A stretch of 63,119 nucleotides of DNA, filler included, from an uncultured Ignavibacteriales bacterium (GTDB lineage: Bacteria > Zixibacteria > MSB-5A5 > GN15 > JAAZOE01): assembly GCA_964611355.1 (NCBI GenBank). It is 4 parts of 4 records of this genome, joined end to end, with 100 filler letters (N's around TTAATTAATTAA, not from the genome) between each part and the next. Parts side by side here need not be neighbours in the genome. Positions count along the whole stretch, not along the records: positions 18,018 to 35,596 come from CAZSYD010000048.1; 3 more parts are not named here. One strand, given 5' to 3'. Position 1 is the first letter of the stretch; each line of letters begins with the position of its first letter. Below are positions 21,016-31,093 of the stretch, piece after piece. Both the position numbers and the translations under genes were made by a program. Below the pieces are notes generated by a model, which was not told the DNA's origin, ran no database searches, and saw only the letters and a list, made by a program, of their open reading frames with translations.

Positions 21016-21862
21016 CGCCGGTGCAGGCGGCAGTCACCCGGATGCGATGACGGCGAGACCATTTAGCATTCGTCGCACCATCAGGGAAACGGATGATACC
21101 TTTTCGATGGAACTAACGCCCTGTGAGGGTACAAAGAGCTTCTCTTTCACGCCGGGACAATTCGATATGCTCTACGTCTACGGCGTCGGTGAGGTGCCCA
21201 TCTCAATCAGCGGCGATCCGTCCGAAACCGGGACGCTGGTACATACAACACGCGAAGTGGGCGCTGTTACAGGGGCGATGAAAAAGCTGAGAGTTGGGGG
21301 TACGCTGGGCGTTCGCGGTCCCTACGGGAAAGGCTGGCCGGTGAAGGAAGCCGAGGGTTACGACGTCGTTATCGTCGCCGGAGGTATCGGCCTGGCGCCG
21401 CTGAGGCCGGTAATTTACCACCTGCTGACACACCGTGAAAAGTACGGAAAAATAGCTCTTCTGTATGGTTCCCGGTGCCCGGAGGAACTCCTTTACCTCA
21501 AAAATCTGGATAAATGGCAATCCCTGCCCGATATCGAAACGCGTCTCACCGTCGACCGCGCCACGGGCAGATGGCGCGGCAACGTCGGCGTTGTCACAAC
21601 GTTGATCCCCGGGGCTTCATTTGACGCCCCACACACCATGGCGATGGTTTGCGGTCCGGAAATAATGATGCGCTTCACGGTCCCGGAACTTCAAAAACGG
21701 GGCGTCGCAGATGAGAAGATATTTATCTCCATGGAGCGGAACATGAAATGCGGCGTAGGATTATGCGGCCATTGTCAACTGGGTGCATCCTTCGTATGCA
21801 AAGACGGCCCGGTCTACCGCTATGATGAAATGAAAGATATCTTTGCAAAGCGGGAAATGTAG
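20993..21862 (+). CDS. Group 3b hydrogenase gamma subunit (FAD/NAD(P)-binding, 2Fe-2S)
   Basis: [49 protein letters not shown]. Confidence 0.88.
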   Translation: MAAIHKNNAGAGGSHPDAMTARPFSIRRTIRETDDTFSMELTPCEGTKSFSFTPGQFDMLYVYGVGEVPISISGDPSETGTLVHTTREVGAVTGAMKKLRVGGTLGVRGPYGKGWPVKEAEGYDVVIVAGGIGLAPLRPVIYHLLTHREKYGKIALLYGSRCPEELLYLKNLDKWQSLPDIETRLTVDRATGRWRGNVGVVTTLIPGASFDAPHTMAMVCGPEIMMRFTVPELQKRGVADEKIFISMERNMKCGVGLCGHCQLGASFVCKDGPVYRYDEMKDIFAKREM

Positions 21863-21863
21863 G

Positions 21864-22646
21864 ATGAAAAGTACCAAAAAGCCAAAGCTCGCCGTCTGGA
21901 ATTTCGCCTCGTGCGGCGGCTGCCAGTTAAGCCTGCTCGATTGCGAAAAAGAGCTTCTTGAGATAGCCGGAACTATTGAAATCGCCAATTTCCCCGAGGC
22001 TTCCCGTAACATTGTCCGGGGACCGTATGACCTGTCCCTGGTGGAGGGTTCCATCACAACCCCTCACGATGCCGAGCGGATACACAAGATAAGACGATCA
22101 TCGAAGTACCTGGTTACTATCGGAGCCTGCGCCACCGCCGGTGGCATTCAGGCGCTGCGGAACTTCGGCGACATCAATGAATTCGTCTCGCTGGTTTACC
22201 CCACCCCGGAATATATTAAGACATTGAATAAATCAACCCCAATTGCCGATCATATCCCCGTCGATTTCGAACTTCGCGGATGCCCCATTAACAAATACCA
22301 GTTGGTGGAAGTCATCAGCGCTTTTCTGAACAGCCGTAAGCCCAATATACCTTCTTACAGCCTTTGCGTGGAATGCAAAATGCGGGGGACGGTTTGCGTG
22401 ATGGTAGCCTCCGGTACGCCCTGTCTCGGGCCGGTCACTCAGGCCGGCTGCGGCGCCCTCTGCCCGTCCTACAATCGCGGCTGTTACGGTTGTTTTGGCC
22501 CGAAAGAAACGCCGAACACCGATTCGCTGGGCGACTGGTGGAATAAACGGCTGAATGTCAACAGGAATGATATCATGAGAGCCTTCCGCGGGTTTAACGC
22601 CTGTGCGGAACCTTTTCGGAAAGCCGGCGAGGCTTATGAAAAGTAG
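21864..22646 (+). CDS. Group 3b hydrogenase small (delta) subunit
   Basis: SCGGCQ, VEGSI, GACA..GG, GCP, CLGPVT.AGC.A.CP. Confidence 0.9.
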   Translation: MKSTKKPKLAVWNFASCGGCQLSLLDCEKELLEIAGTIEIANFPEASRNIVRGPYDLSLVEGSITTPHDAERIHKIRRSSKYLVTIGACATAGGIQALRNFGDINEFVSLVYPTPEYIKTLNKSTPIADHIPVDFELRGCPINKYQLVEVISAFLNSRKPNIPSYSLCVECKMRGTVCVMVASGTPCLGPVTQAGCGALCPSYNRGCYGCFGPKETPNTDSLGDWWNKRLNVNRNDIMRAFRGFNACAEPFRKAGEAYEK

Positions 22647-23925
22647 AAGCATCAAAGTCGATTACCTCGCTCGAGTCGAAGGCGAGGGCGGATTGCTGGT
22701 CAGGATAAAAAACGACACCGTCACTGACGTAGAGTTAAGGATATTCGAACCGCCCCGCTTCTTTGAAGCCTTTCTGCGCGGCCGTCGATTCACGGAAGCT
22801 CCCGATATCACCGCCCGTATCTGCGGTATCTGTCCTGTCGCCTACCAGATGAGTTCCTCTCACGCCATGGAGCACATTTGCGGAGTTACCGTTGGCGGAC
22901 AGCTTCGTGAACTCAGACGGCTGATATACTGCGGCGAATGGATCGAATCACACGCTCTGCACGTCTATATGCTGCACGCCCCCGATTTCCTCGATTATGA
23001 AGACGCCCTGCAGATGGCAAAGGATTATCCGGATATCGTCAAACGCGGCCTGCGCCTGAAAAAAATCGGCAATGATGTCATGATCCTGCTTGGCGGAAGA
23101 GAGATTCATCCCATCAATCTCAGGGTCGGCGGTTTCTATAAGTTACCCACCAGAGAGGAACTGGAAACGCTGGTGGAGCCGCTGAAATGGGCTCAGGAGG
23201 CGGCGCTGGAAACCGTGCGGTGGACGGCGACTCTGCCTTTTCCCGATTTCGAGCGCGATTATGAATTTGTCTCACTGTCTCATCCCGACGAATATCCCTT
23301 CAATGAAGGGAACATCGTTTCAAGTAAAGGTATTGACATTCCTGTTGATAATTTCCTCAACTACTTCGAGGAACGGCACGTGAAGCACTCCACCTCGCTA
23401 CAGGCCGTCGTTAAAGATCGTGGGGAATATTATACCGGCCCAATGGCCCGCTATAATAATAATTATGACAGACTGCCACAAATCGCAAAGGACGCGGCCA
23501 AAGAAGCCGGGTTAGGGCCAACCTGCAATAATCCGTTTAAGAGTATTATCGTCCGCAGCATCGAGATTCTCTTTGCCTGCCACGAAGCATTGCGCATCAT
23601 TAAAAACTATGAAATGCCGCCAAAACCATATATCGAGGCACCGCCGCGCGCAGGCACCGGACACGGCGCTTCGGAAGCACCTCGTGGAATACTGTATCAT
23701 CGTTACCGAATCGACGATGAAGGAATCATCCGAGACGCCAGAATCGTCGCGCCTACTTCGCAGAACCAGAAGGTTGTCGAAAGCGATCTGCGTGACTTCG
23801 TCAGCCGCCATATCGACTTGCCCAAGGATCAGCTCACCTGGAAATGCGAACAGGTTGTCCGCAACTATGATCCCTGCATTTCCTGCTCGTGTCATTTCCT
23901 GAAGCTCAAAATTGATCGGGAATAG
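22636..23925 (+). CDS. Group 3b [NiFe]-hydrogenase large (alpha) subunit
   Basis: ARVEGEG, L1 RICGICP, EAPRG, L2 DPCISCSCH with cleavable C-terminal tail. Confidence 0.93.
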   Translation: MKSRSIKVDYLARVEGEGGLLVRIKNDTVTDVELRIFEPPRFFEAFLRGRRFTEAPDITARICGICPVAYQMSSSHAMEHICGVTVGGQLRELRRLIYCGEWIESHALHVYMLHAPDFLDYEDALQMAKDYPDIVKRGLRLKKIGNDVMILLGGREIHPINLRVGGFYKLPTREELETLVEPLKWAQEAALETVRWTATLPFPDFERDYEFVSLSHPDEYPFNEGNIVSSKGIDIPVDNFLNYFEERHVKHSTSLQAVVKDRGEYYTGPMARYNNNYDRLPQIAKDAAKEAGLGPTCNNPFKSIIVRSIEILFACHEALRIIKNYEMPPKPYIEAPPRAGTGHGASEAPRGILYHRYRIDDEGIIRDARIVAPTSQNQKVVESDLRDFVSRHIDLPKDQLTWKCEQVVRNYDPCISCSCHFLKLKIDRE

Positions 23926-23938
23926 CTTAGATCAATCC

Positions 23939-24415
23939 ATGGAAAAGGACTTCTCAGTAGTCATAATCGGGCTTGGCAACGACTACCGCCGGGACGATGG
24001 AGTCGGCCTGTATGCGGCGCGCCGGATAAGGTCTCAGGAATTGCCGGGCGTCAGGGTTGTCGAAGGAGTCTCCGACGGCACGTCGCTGATAGATCATTGG
24101 GAACAAGCCGATTCGGCGTATGTAATTGATGCTGTCCGCTCGGATACCGATCCGGGAACTATACTTCGCTTTGATGCTTTATCCGACCCCATTCCGGTCG
24201 ATATTTTTCCGGCATATTCTTCCCATGCATTCAATATCCCCGAGACGGTGGCGCTGGCCCGCGAACTGGGAAAACTCCCCCGATCGCTCATAGTTTACGG
24301 CATTGAAGGCGTGGAATTCTCAACCGGTATGGGCCTCTCAGGCAACGTAAAAGAAGGGGCTGAGGAAGTCTATAGAAGGATTGTCGCGGAAATGGGAATC
24401 AGGCAACTGCATTAG
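23939..24415 (+). CDS. Hydrogenase maturation protease
   Basis: GLGN..RRDDGVG, IDAV, SSH, YGIEG. Confidence 0.88.
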   Translation: MEKDFSVVIIGLGNDYRRDDGVGLYAARRIRSQELPGVRVVEGVSDGTSLIDHWEQADSAYVIDAVRSDTDPGTILRFDALSDPIPVDIFPAYSSHAFNIPETVALARELGKLPRSLIVYGIEGVEFSTGMGLSGNVKEGAEEVYRRIVAEMGIRQLH

Positions 24416-24593
24416 AGCTTTTCAGACCGATGGCCCATCCCATCGTTGCCGGCACGGGTTCCCGCTTTGATATTACGATACAACATCATCAGTTTTAATA
24501 CACAACCACCGCTATTTCATAATCCACCGGTATTTATGAGTAGCTATGTCAATTATTTTACATACCTACAAGCAAAAAAATAATCCCCGCAAC

Positions 24594-24664
24594 TTCAGCG
24601 TCAGGCAGAATCACCACAAAACCGATAGAACGAAAAGTAAAATATGACAAAACAAACCCATTTC
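24594..24664 (+). repeat. Remnant copy of the 3' end of the 34623-35216 gene
   Basis: 64/71 nt identical to the reverse complement of 34599-34669. Confidence 0.85.
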
Positions 24665-24761
24665 GCCAGCCATAAGTAATTGAGTAACAATATGATATAT
24701 GGATTTAATTACTCTGGCGATAAACACCGGGAGGATTTTTATGCGCCGTGTACATCCGCAC

Positions 24762-24856
24762 CTGTCCTGAGAGAATCGAACGGTCTGTCCTGAGAGAATC
24801 GAACGGTCTGTCCTGAGAGAATCGAAGGGCCTGTCCTGAGAGAATCGAAGGGCCTG
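24762..24856. repeat. 23-bp tandem repeat x4
   Basis: ctgtcctgagagaatcgaa(cggt|gggc), four contiguous units, no spacers. Confidence 0.92.
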
Positions 24857-24886
24857 TGGTGAAATAGGAAAGGTGTGCGGCCTTGT

Positions 24887-25017
24887 AAAAAATCACCCCC
24901 CCGACTCCAGTCAGGGGGGTTACAACGTTTATAAGTAAATATGTTATGTAAGGTTACGCTGGCTTGCCACTCTTGGCGGCGGGAACCCGACCATGCGTTC
25001 CCCTTCGCGCACCTTAC
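24887..25017 (-). ncRNA. Candidate ~130-nt structured RNA with its own promoter and terminator
   Basis: TTGACA(25052-25047)-17-TATATT(25029-25024); three-way junction; terminator ACCCCCCUGAC-UGGA-GUCGGGGGGGU-GAUUUUUU. Confidence 0.55.
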
Positions 25018-25054
25018 ATAATCAATATAAAGTAAATAACACTATTTGTCAAGT

Positions 25055-25086
25055 AAAAAAAGCCAAAGCCGCTGCCGGCTTTGGCT
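25055..25086 (-). terminator. Rho-independent terminator of dockerin gene pair
   Basis: agccaaagccg-gcag-cggctttggct followed by a T-run on minus. Confidence 0.8.
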
Positions 25087-25145
25087 CAAAAGGTCTTTGC
25101 ATGGTTCTCGATATCGCATATTTCCTGATGGACAAACGATCTATC

Positions 25146-25877
25146 TCACTGCACTTCCCACGGATAGTGATCCCGGTAAACGCAATATTGTCCCGAATAT
25201 GGCTCCGCAGGAAGGTCAACGGTAAATTCAATCGGATCGTCGTCGCCAAGGCACATGCCAATTACCCTTATTGTGTACTGGCCGGGGGGAAGATTTCTGA
25301 TTTCGTAATTGAAGTCGAACAGGCAGAGACAGAAACATCCTCCGTTATCGAGGTTTTCGCTCTCGGTTATGGTAATTACGCCGTTCTCGATTTCAAACTC
25401 CGCCAGAAGCTCTTCGGGACAGCAGTTGAATCCGGCGTTGATATGGTTTATCGAAAGCACGGACTGGCCGTCGTAATTATAGTCGATGCAGTCCTGATCC
25501 GGAGGGACTATATCTTTGGCGCCCTTCTCAAAGCTCTTACAACCCCCATAATCACCCACAAAGATATAAGGCGGGCAAACCGGCGCCGGGCCAGAGCGGA
25601 AGATATAATCGACAAGGACGACAGCGTCTCCGATGTTTATCGAACCGTCGCCGTTGGCATCGCCGGCTTCGACCGGAACCGGCTCGGGGCCGTCATGGAA
25701 AACCAGATTCGTAAGACAAACAACATCGCCGACATTGGCAGTCTCATCACCGTTGGCGTCACCGCAGACAAAACCACAGGCTGTGGCCGGTGCGAATATC
25801 AACATAACAAAAATTATAAACGGCAAACGAAAGAACGGAAGATGGTTTACCCGCTGAAAATGCTTAATCCGTTGCAT
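25146..25877 (-). CDS. Secreted protein: N-terminal dockerin type I plus Cys-rich domain
   Basis: AGGAGG RBS, signal peptide, CGDANGDETANVGD / GDANGDGSINIGD repeats, HINAGFNCCPEE..CFCLCLFD. Confidence 0.8.
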   Translation of the reverse strand: MQRIKHFQRVNHLPFFRLPFIIFVMLIFAPATACGFVCGDANGDETANVGDVVCLTNLVFHDGPEPVPVEAGDANGDGSINIGDAVVLVDYIFRSGPAPVCPPYIFVGDYGGCKSFEKGAKDIVPPDQDCIDYNYDGQSVLSINHINAGFNCCPEELLAEFEIENGVITITESENLDNGGCFCLCLFDFNYEIRNLPPGQYTIRVIGMCLGDDDPIEFTVDLPAEPYSGQYCVYRDHYPWEVQ

Positions 25878-25913
25878 AAAAACCTCCTGAAAGTAATAAC
25901 GATCCGACAAATC

Positions 25914-26642
25914 TCATTCGAAACCCCAGGGATAATGCGACCTGTAGACGCAATAGCTGCCCGAAATCGGTCCGGAAAGATCAAGGGTAATTTCCAGCGG
26001 CTCATCATCCGGTTGCAACAGCGGCGAAACGAAGACAATCCTGTACTCGCCCGGCGTCAGGGCACGAATCTCATAATCCATGTCGAACAGGCAGAGACAA
26101 TCACATATTCCGTCGATCTCGGTCTCGTTAATGGTAATACTGTTGTCCTCGATATAAATGAAGACGATCATCTCTTCCGGACAGCAGTTAAAACCGGTAT
26201 TGATATGTTTGAGCGACAAGGCGCCGTTTCCATCGTAAGTATACTCGACGCATTCGCTATCCGGCGGCGGGGCAGCTTTTGCAAACGATTTACAGCCGGT
26301 GTAATCAACAAGTTCCCCGTCTGCAAAACACATCGGGGAAGACCCTTTGTGAAAAATATAGTCGATCAATACTACGGCATCACCAATGTTGACATTGCCG
26401 TCATTGTTGCAGTCCGCCGCAGCCGGAATCTCCGGATAGGGACCGTTGTGGAAAACAAGATTCATCACGTAAACGCCGTCGCCTATGCTGACGCCTCCGT
26501 CATTATTGGCGTCTCCGCAAACCCAGGTATTTGCATTAGCCGGCAATAACGCTATCGCCAGTATAATAAAAATCCAAAGGGAGAATCTTGCCGAATTAGC
26601 CGTTAACGGATTGCTTTTAATGAAATCTCCGGATTGTAACAT
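25914..26642 (-). CDS. Secreted protein: N-terminal dockerin type I plus Cys-rich domain (tandem paralog)
   Basis: GGGAGG RBS, CGDANNDGGVSIGD / ADCNNDGNVNIGD, HINTGFNCCPEE..CDCLCLFD, YRSHYPW. Confidence 0.8.
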   Translation of the reverse strand: MLQSGDFIKSNPLTANSARFSLWIFIILAIALLPANANTWVCGDANNDGGVSIGDGVYVMNLVFHNGPYPEIPAAADCNNDGNVNIGDAVVLIDYIFHKGSSPMCFADGELVDYTGCKSFAKAAPPPDSECVEYTYDGNGALSLKHINTGFNCCPEEMIVFIYIEDNSITINETEIDGICDCLCLFDMDYEIRALTPGEYRIVFVSPLLQPDDEPLEITLDLSGPISGSYCVYRSHYPWGFE

Positions 26643-26950
26643 TTATCGCCTCCCGGAAATAAGTTGCAGATTAGCATCTTTTCCTCAGGCAGGGATCGGT
26701 ACATAGAATCTAAGATAAATATAGAATTTTCTATAAAATTGTCAATCTAATTATTGATTAGCGGCCTTAAAATGCCCGTCTCGCATGACAGGTACGGCAT
26801 TACAAACGTTCAAGCGATCATAGCACCACCCGCCGAATAGGCCCCAAAATCGCCCAAGACTATATCTGGGAAGGCATGACAGCCAAACTGCTGGAGAAAA
26901 TCAGGGATAAGTGGATGTGATAAAATTGCATATAATCGTAGTTCTCCTCC

Positions 26951-27886
26951 CTAAAACACCGAGAATTTGAAATACTTGCGGGGGTTTTTCTCAATGTCGG
27001 CGACGAGGTTATTGATGCGCACAACCAGGTTGCTAATCTCCTCGTGAAGCCGGTCGTCGTTGAGAAGCGCGCCCGCCGAGCCGTCGCCGCGATCAAGTTT
27101 TGCCAGAATTGAATCGATCCGGGCCGCTGACAAGGCCAGACTATTATAGAGGCTTTCATCTTTTATAAGCTTTCCCAGGTTCCCCTCCCCTGCTTCCATT
27201 CGGGAAGTCAGGCTGGCAGTATTGTCAAAAGTCGTGTTAATTCGGTCGATAATCCTTTTTTGATTCTTCTTGATTTCGCTCACAATGGAGGTTGTCTGTT
27301 CCAGAACGGCCACGAGTTGGTCATAGAGTACCGTATCGAAGATGAACTTTCCGGCTGTTCCTTCGCCATGCGCGAGCGCCATCGTAATATCTTTCATGTT
27401 GGTCAGAGTCGAGTCAATCGTGGCGATAAACTTCGGAGCTTTGGTCAACACGGCGTTCAGGCCGGTTTCTTCCACGGTCGGAAGCACGGTACCCGGTTCA
27501 ACCACCGGCAAGCCTTTTGTGCCCGGAATAACCTCGACATATTTATCGCCCAAGAGGCCAATTGTCCCCAGCATGATCCTTGAATCGGCGGTTATAGACT
27601 CCCAAACCGATTTTTTTACTGATATTACCGCTTTGATCCGGCGTTTTTCGTCAAGATTGACAAACTTAATCGATCGAACATTGCCGACTTCCACACCCCC
27701 CAGCCAGACCGGAGCGCCCCTGACCAGGCCGTTGACATTCCCAAAATAGACGACCAATTTGTTCTTCCGCTCAAAAATCGATGTCCCGCCGCCTCGAAAC
27801 GACGAATACAAAAGCGCCGCCATGGCAAAAGTGACAATTATCCCGACCCAAAGATTTCCCCATTTGATTTTTCCGCTTCGTTTCAT
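26951..27886 (-). CDS. mlaD: MCE/MlaD family protein
   Basis: N-terminal TM, NGLVRGAPVWLGGVEVG, GLLGDKYVEV, helical tail with G.G.AG repeats. Confidence 0.88.
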   Translation of the reverse strand: MKRSGKIKWGNLWVGIIVTFAMAALLYSSFRGGGTSIFERKNKLVVYFGNVNGLVRGAPVWLGGVEVGNVRSIKFVNLDEKRRIKAVISVKKSVWESITADSRIMLGTIGLLGDKYVEVIPGTKGLPVVEPGTVLPTVEETGLNAVLTKAPKFIATIDSTLTNMKDITMALAHGEGTAGKFIFDTVLYDQLVAVLEQTTSIVSEIKKNQKRIIDRINTTFDNTASLTSRMEAGEGNLGKLIKDESLYNSLALSAARIDSILAKLDRGDGSAGALLNDDRLHEEISNLVVRINNLVADIEKNPRKYFKFSVF

Positions 27887-27897
27887 AACTTATCCCG

Positions 27898-28665
27898 TCA
27901 GACAAAATTTCGTTTTACGATCTCACCCACAGAATCCCGAAACGGTCCCAGAAAATCGACCACCTCGGGAATCTTGCTTACGGTAAGTTGACTGAAATCG
28001 CCATCGAAAACCACGCGGCCTTTCTGAATGACGACAAACTTGTCGGCCAGTTTCAAGGCATCAGCGATCTGATGCGTGACAATGATGACTGATATATTTT
28101 CCACCTTGCGCAGCTTCCTGATCAGGCTAAGCACGTTTTCGGCCGACTGGGGGTCAAGCCCCGTGGTCGGCTCATCAAGAAGCATAATCTTCGGATCGGT
28201 AGACAAAAGAGCACGGGCGATGGCTACTCTCCGCCGCATACCTCCGGAAAGCTCTTCCGGCAGCTTATCGATTATCTCCGGGTCAAGATCGACAAACTGC
28301 AGTATTCGGCGCACCTCCTGTTCGATCTCGGCCTCGCTTTTAGTAGAATACTCAAACTGGTAATAACCGACATTTTCACCGATAGTCATGGAATCAAAAA
28401 GAGCGCCGTCCTGAAAAACCATTCCTATCCGTTTGCGCAGCTTTTGCAGTTGTTTTATTTTCATGACTCGGATATCCTGTCCGTCCACATATATTTTACC
28501 CGACCATGGATAATTCAAGGCGAGGATGAGCCGCAGGATGGTCGATTTGCCCGACCCCGACGGGCCCATAATCACCTGGCTTTCGCCCGGAAGGATGTGA
28601 AAAGAGACATCCTTGAGAACCTGATTATCGTTGTAGCCGAAATTGACTTTTTCCAGCCGAATCAA
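27898..28665 (-). CDS. mlaF: ABC transporter ATP-binding protein (MlaF-like)
   Basis: GPSGSGKS, FQDGALFDS, LSGGMRRR, DEPTTGLDP. Confidence 0.88.
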   Translation of the reverse strand: MIRLEKVNFGYNDNQVLKDVSFHILPGESQVIMGPSGSGKSTILRLILALNYPWSGKIYVDGQDIRVMKIKQLQKLRKRIGMVFQDGALFDSMTIGENVGYYQFEYSTKSEAEIEQEVRRILQFVDLDPEIIDKLPEELSGGMRRRVAIARALLSTDPKIMLLDEPTTGLDPQSAENVLSLIRKLRKVENISVIIVTHQIADALKLADKFVVIQKGRVVFDGDFSQLTVSKIPEVVDFLGPFRDSVGEIVKRNFV

Positions 28666-29441
28666 AAATACCCCTTTAAAAAAGTAAAGACTATCTTGGT
28701 CAGAATAAAATTGACAATCAGTATCGTTATTGAAGTTATCACTACCGATTCGGTAGTCGATCGTCCGACTCCTTTGGTGCCGCCGGAAGTTGTAAATCCC
28801 TTATAGCATGACACAAAAGCAATCACAAAAGCAAATATAAACGGTTTGAGCAATCCAATCGAAACGTTGCCAAAGGTCAGGCGATCATTAACGGCGGATA
28901 TATAAGTAGTACTGGTTATATGGGCGATAAAAACGGCAATCATCCAGCCGCCGAGGATTCCAATAATATCACAGATAATAGTCAACACCGGTACCATGGC
29001 TATTAGCGCAATCAGTCGCGGCGCCGCCAGTTTTCGGATCGGATCGACGCCAAAGGCGAGCATGGCGTCAAGCTGGTTGGTTGATTTCATGGCGCCAATT
29101 TCGGCCGTAATTCCCGACGCCACCCTGGCGGCAATCATAAGACCGGTTAGAGTCGGCCCCAATTCGCGGATCATGGCAACAGCCATTGCCCGCCCCAGGT
29201 AGTTATTCGCGCCAAATTCAGCCATTTCCTTTGTAAGTTGCAGGGCCATCCCCTGCCCGGCGAATGTACCGGTCAGCACCACAAGAAAAAGCGATCCGAC
29301 GCCGATCGAATACATCTGCTCCATTGTTTCCGCCAAATAAATCGGTCTTCCGAACAGCGAAAATATCATCCTGGCCGAAAAACGAGTCAGTCGGTCAGCT
29401 TCGTAAACAAACGTTTTGAAAATGCCTATAAGTTTTACCAT
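28662..29441 (-). CDS. mlaE: ABC transporter permease (MlaE family)
   Basis: RELGP.LTGL, AEIGAMK, GVGRSTT.SVV. Confidence 0.9.
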   Translation of the reverse strand: MVKLIGIFKTFVYEADRLTRFSARMIFSLFGRPIYLAETMEQMYSIGVGSLFLVVLTGTFAGQGMALQLTKEMAEFGANNYLGRAMAVAMIRELGPTLTGLMIAARVASGITAEIGAMKSTNQLDAMLAFGVDPIRKLAAPRLIALIAMVPVLTIICDIIGILGGWMIAVFIAHITSTTYISAVNDRLTFGNVSIGLLKPFIFAFVIAFVSCYKGFTTSGGTKGVGRSTTESVVITSITILIVNFILTKIVFTFLKGYF

Positions 29442-29571
29442 TACTTCCTGTCACCCGGCCGACGAATTATCTAATTCTATCCAGATTCACCCAAAGTGTC
29501 AAGGTAATATTGGACCTAAGCCTTAACATCTCCTTGACAAATTTCTCACAAAAGACTTGCTTAATTACATA

Positions 29572-30303
29572 ATGATACCATTCGGGAAAATAACGGTTGC
29601 TCTGATAATTCCGGCAATTTTGGCCGGTATCGCTCTCGGCTGTACCGCCGCCTCGGATGCCGATACTTCTTATGCCAAAGCGCGCCGGGATATGGTTCAG
29701 ACACAGCTTAAGCCGCGGGGCATTGATGATGAACGGGTATTGAAAGCATTCGAGAAGGTGGAACGGCATCGGTTTGTCGATAAAAAATACCTGCCCTACG
29801 CGTATGGCGACCATCCGCTGCCAATCGGCGAAGGCCAGACCATTTCACAGCCATACATCGTCGCCATCATGACCCAGTTGCTGGAGCTTGAAGAAAACGA
29901 TAGGGTTCTCGAAGTCGGTACCGGGTCGGGTTACCAGGCGGCGATTCTGGCAGAACTGGCAAAAGAGGTCTATACAATCGAAATTATCGATACACTTGCC
30001 TGCAGGGCGCGCGAGCGGTTGAAATCGCTTGGTTACAAAAATATTATCGTACGGACCGGCGACGGTTACCGGGGCTGGCCGGAGAAGGCGCCCTTTGATG
30101 CCGTTATTGTCACCTGTGCCCCTCCCGAAATCCCTCAGCCCCTTATCGATCAACTTGCCGAAGGCGGCAGGATGATTATCCCGGTCGGCATCGCCTGGCA
30201 GGAACTGATCCTGCTGGAAAAGAAAAACGGGGAAGTTACCGAAACCAGGGTTCTGCCGGTCAGATTTGTGCCCATGACGGGCGAAGGCGTGGAAAAAAAA
30301 TAG
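29572..30303 (+). CDS. pcm: Protein-L-isoaspartate O-methyltransferase with N-terminal lipoprotein-like leader
   Basis: GQTISQP, VLEVGTGSGYQAA, GDGY.GWPE.APFD, VRFVP. Confidence 0.92.
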   Translation: MIPFGKITVALIIPAILAGIALGCTAASDADTSYAKARRDMVQTQLKPRGIDDERVLKAFEKVERHRFVDKKYLPYAYGDHPLPIGEGQTISQPYIVAIMTQLLELEENDRVLEVGTGSGYQAAILAELAKEVYTIEIIDTLACRARERLKSLGYKNIIVRTGDGYRGWPEKAPFDAVIVTCAPPEIPQPLIDQLAEGGRMIIPVGIAWQELILLEKKNGEVTETRVLPVRFVPMTGEGVEKK

Positions 30304-30304
30304 T

Positions 30305-31093
30305 CTATTTCAAGTAACGCTTTACGGTCGCTTCGATTCCATCCAGATCAACCTCGGTATCCTTGCACGGCCCGCAGGGTCGGATATTGGGAAAACCGAT
30401 GACCGGAATATGCGGATTGACGTCGATAAAACCGCTCAACAGGTCCCGTTCGCAGGCAATGGCGATAATCAGCGCCGGCCGCAGTTCGTGAATCTTCCGG
30501 CGGGCTTCCCCTCCTCCGCCCGCGGAAGCTATCATAAAACCAAAACGATCTCTCATTCCCCGAAGACTGCGATTCATTTCTTTGGTCAGGCATCTGGGAA
30601 TAAGGACAAGCATCTTTTCCGGCGGTACTTTTTTTGGGTCACTTGATGTAATCAAATTATGAAGTTTGAGAAATGAATTAAACAGTCGATCGCGCGATAC
30701 GCCAAAAATCCGGCCAATACGGATGCTCAATGCCAAAAGCAGGTTGACCAGCTTGGGTATAACTATAAACGTGGAGAAAAACGGCCGTTTGGTGAGCGCT
30801 CCCCAGAGGAAAAGCAACAGCCAGAAGATCAAAACCCCGGCAAGGGCGAAATACAGGCCGTTGAAAATAGTGCCGAATATTTCGTTGATTTGATTCAGGC
30901 GTGGGTATATCAGCCAGCCGAACAGAGCCGTTGCCCCCAGAATGGCGGCAATCGTCGCAATCGCCAGACCGATAAACACGCGGCTGTCGGTGTCGGTTGA
31001 AGTTTCCTCGATGCGGCCATCCCAGTCAGCCCATTCATCACCCAATCTGCGGCCGGATGTCGGACCCTTATCTCTTTGTTTTTCACCTGCCAT
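30305..31093 (-). CDS. DUF116 domain membrane protein
   Basis: Two TMs, LIPRCL, GG..AR, AIACERDL, N.RPCGPCKDT.VD. Confidence 0.75.
   Translation of the reverse strand: MAGEKQRDKGPTSGRRLGDEWADWDGRIEETSTDTDSRVFIGLAIATIAAILGATALFGWLIYPRLNQINEIFGTIFNGLYFALAGVLIFWLLLFLWGALTKRPFFSTFIVIPKLVNLLLALSIRIGRIFGVSRDRLFNSFLKLHNLITSSDPKKVPPEKMLVLIPRCLTKEMNRSLRGMRDRFGFMIASAGGGGEARRKIHELRPALIIAIACERDLLSGFIDVNPHIPVIGFPNIRPCGPCKDTEVDLDGIEATVKRYLK

Noticed and set aside
24762..24856. CRISPR array
   Set aside because: Units are contiguous with no unique spacers, and there are no cas genes in the window.
24993..26549. 518-aa plus-strand ORF
   Set aside because: Antisense shadow of the two dockerin genes, which have RBSs, signal peptides and conserved motifs.
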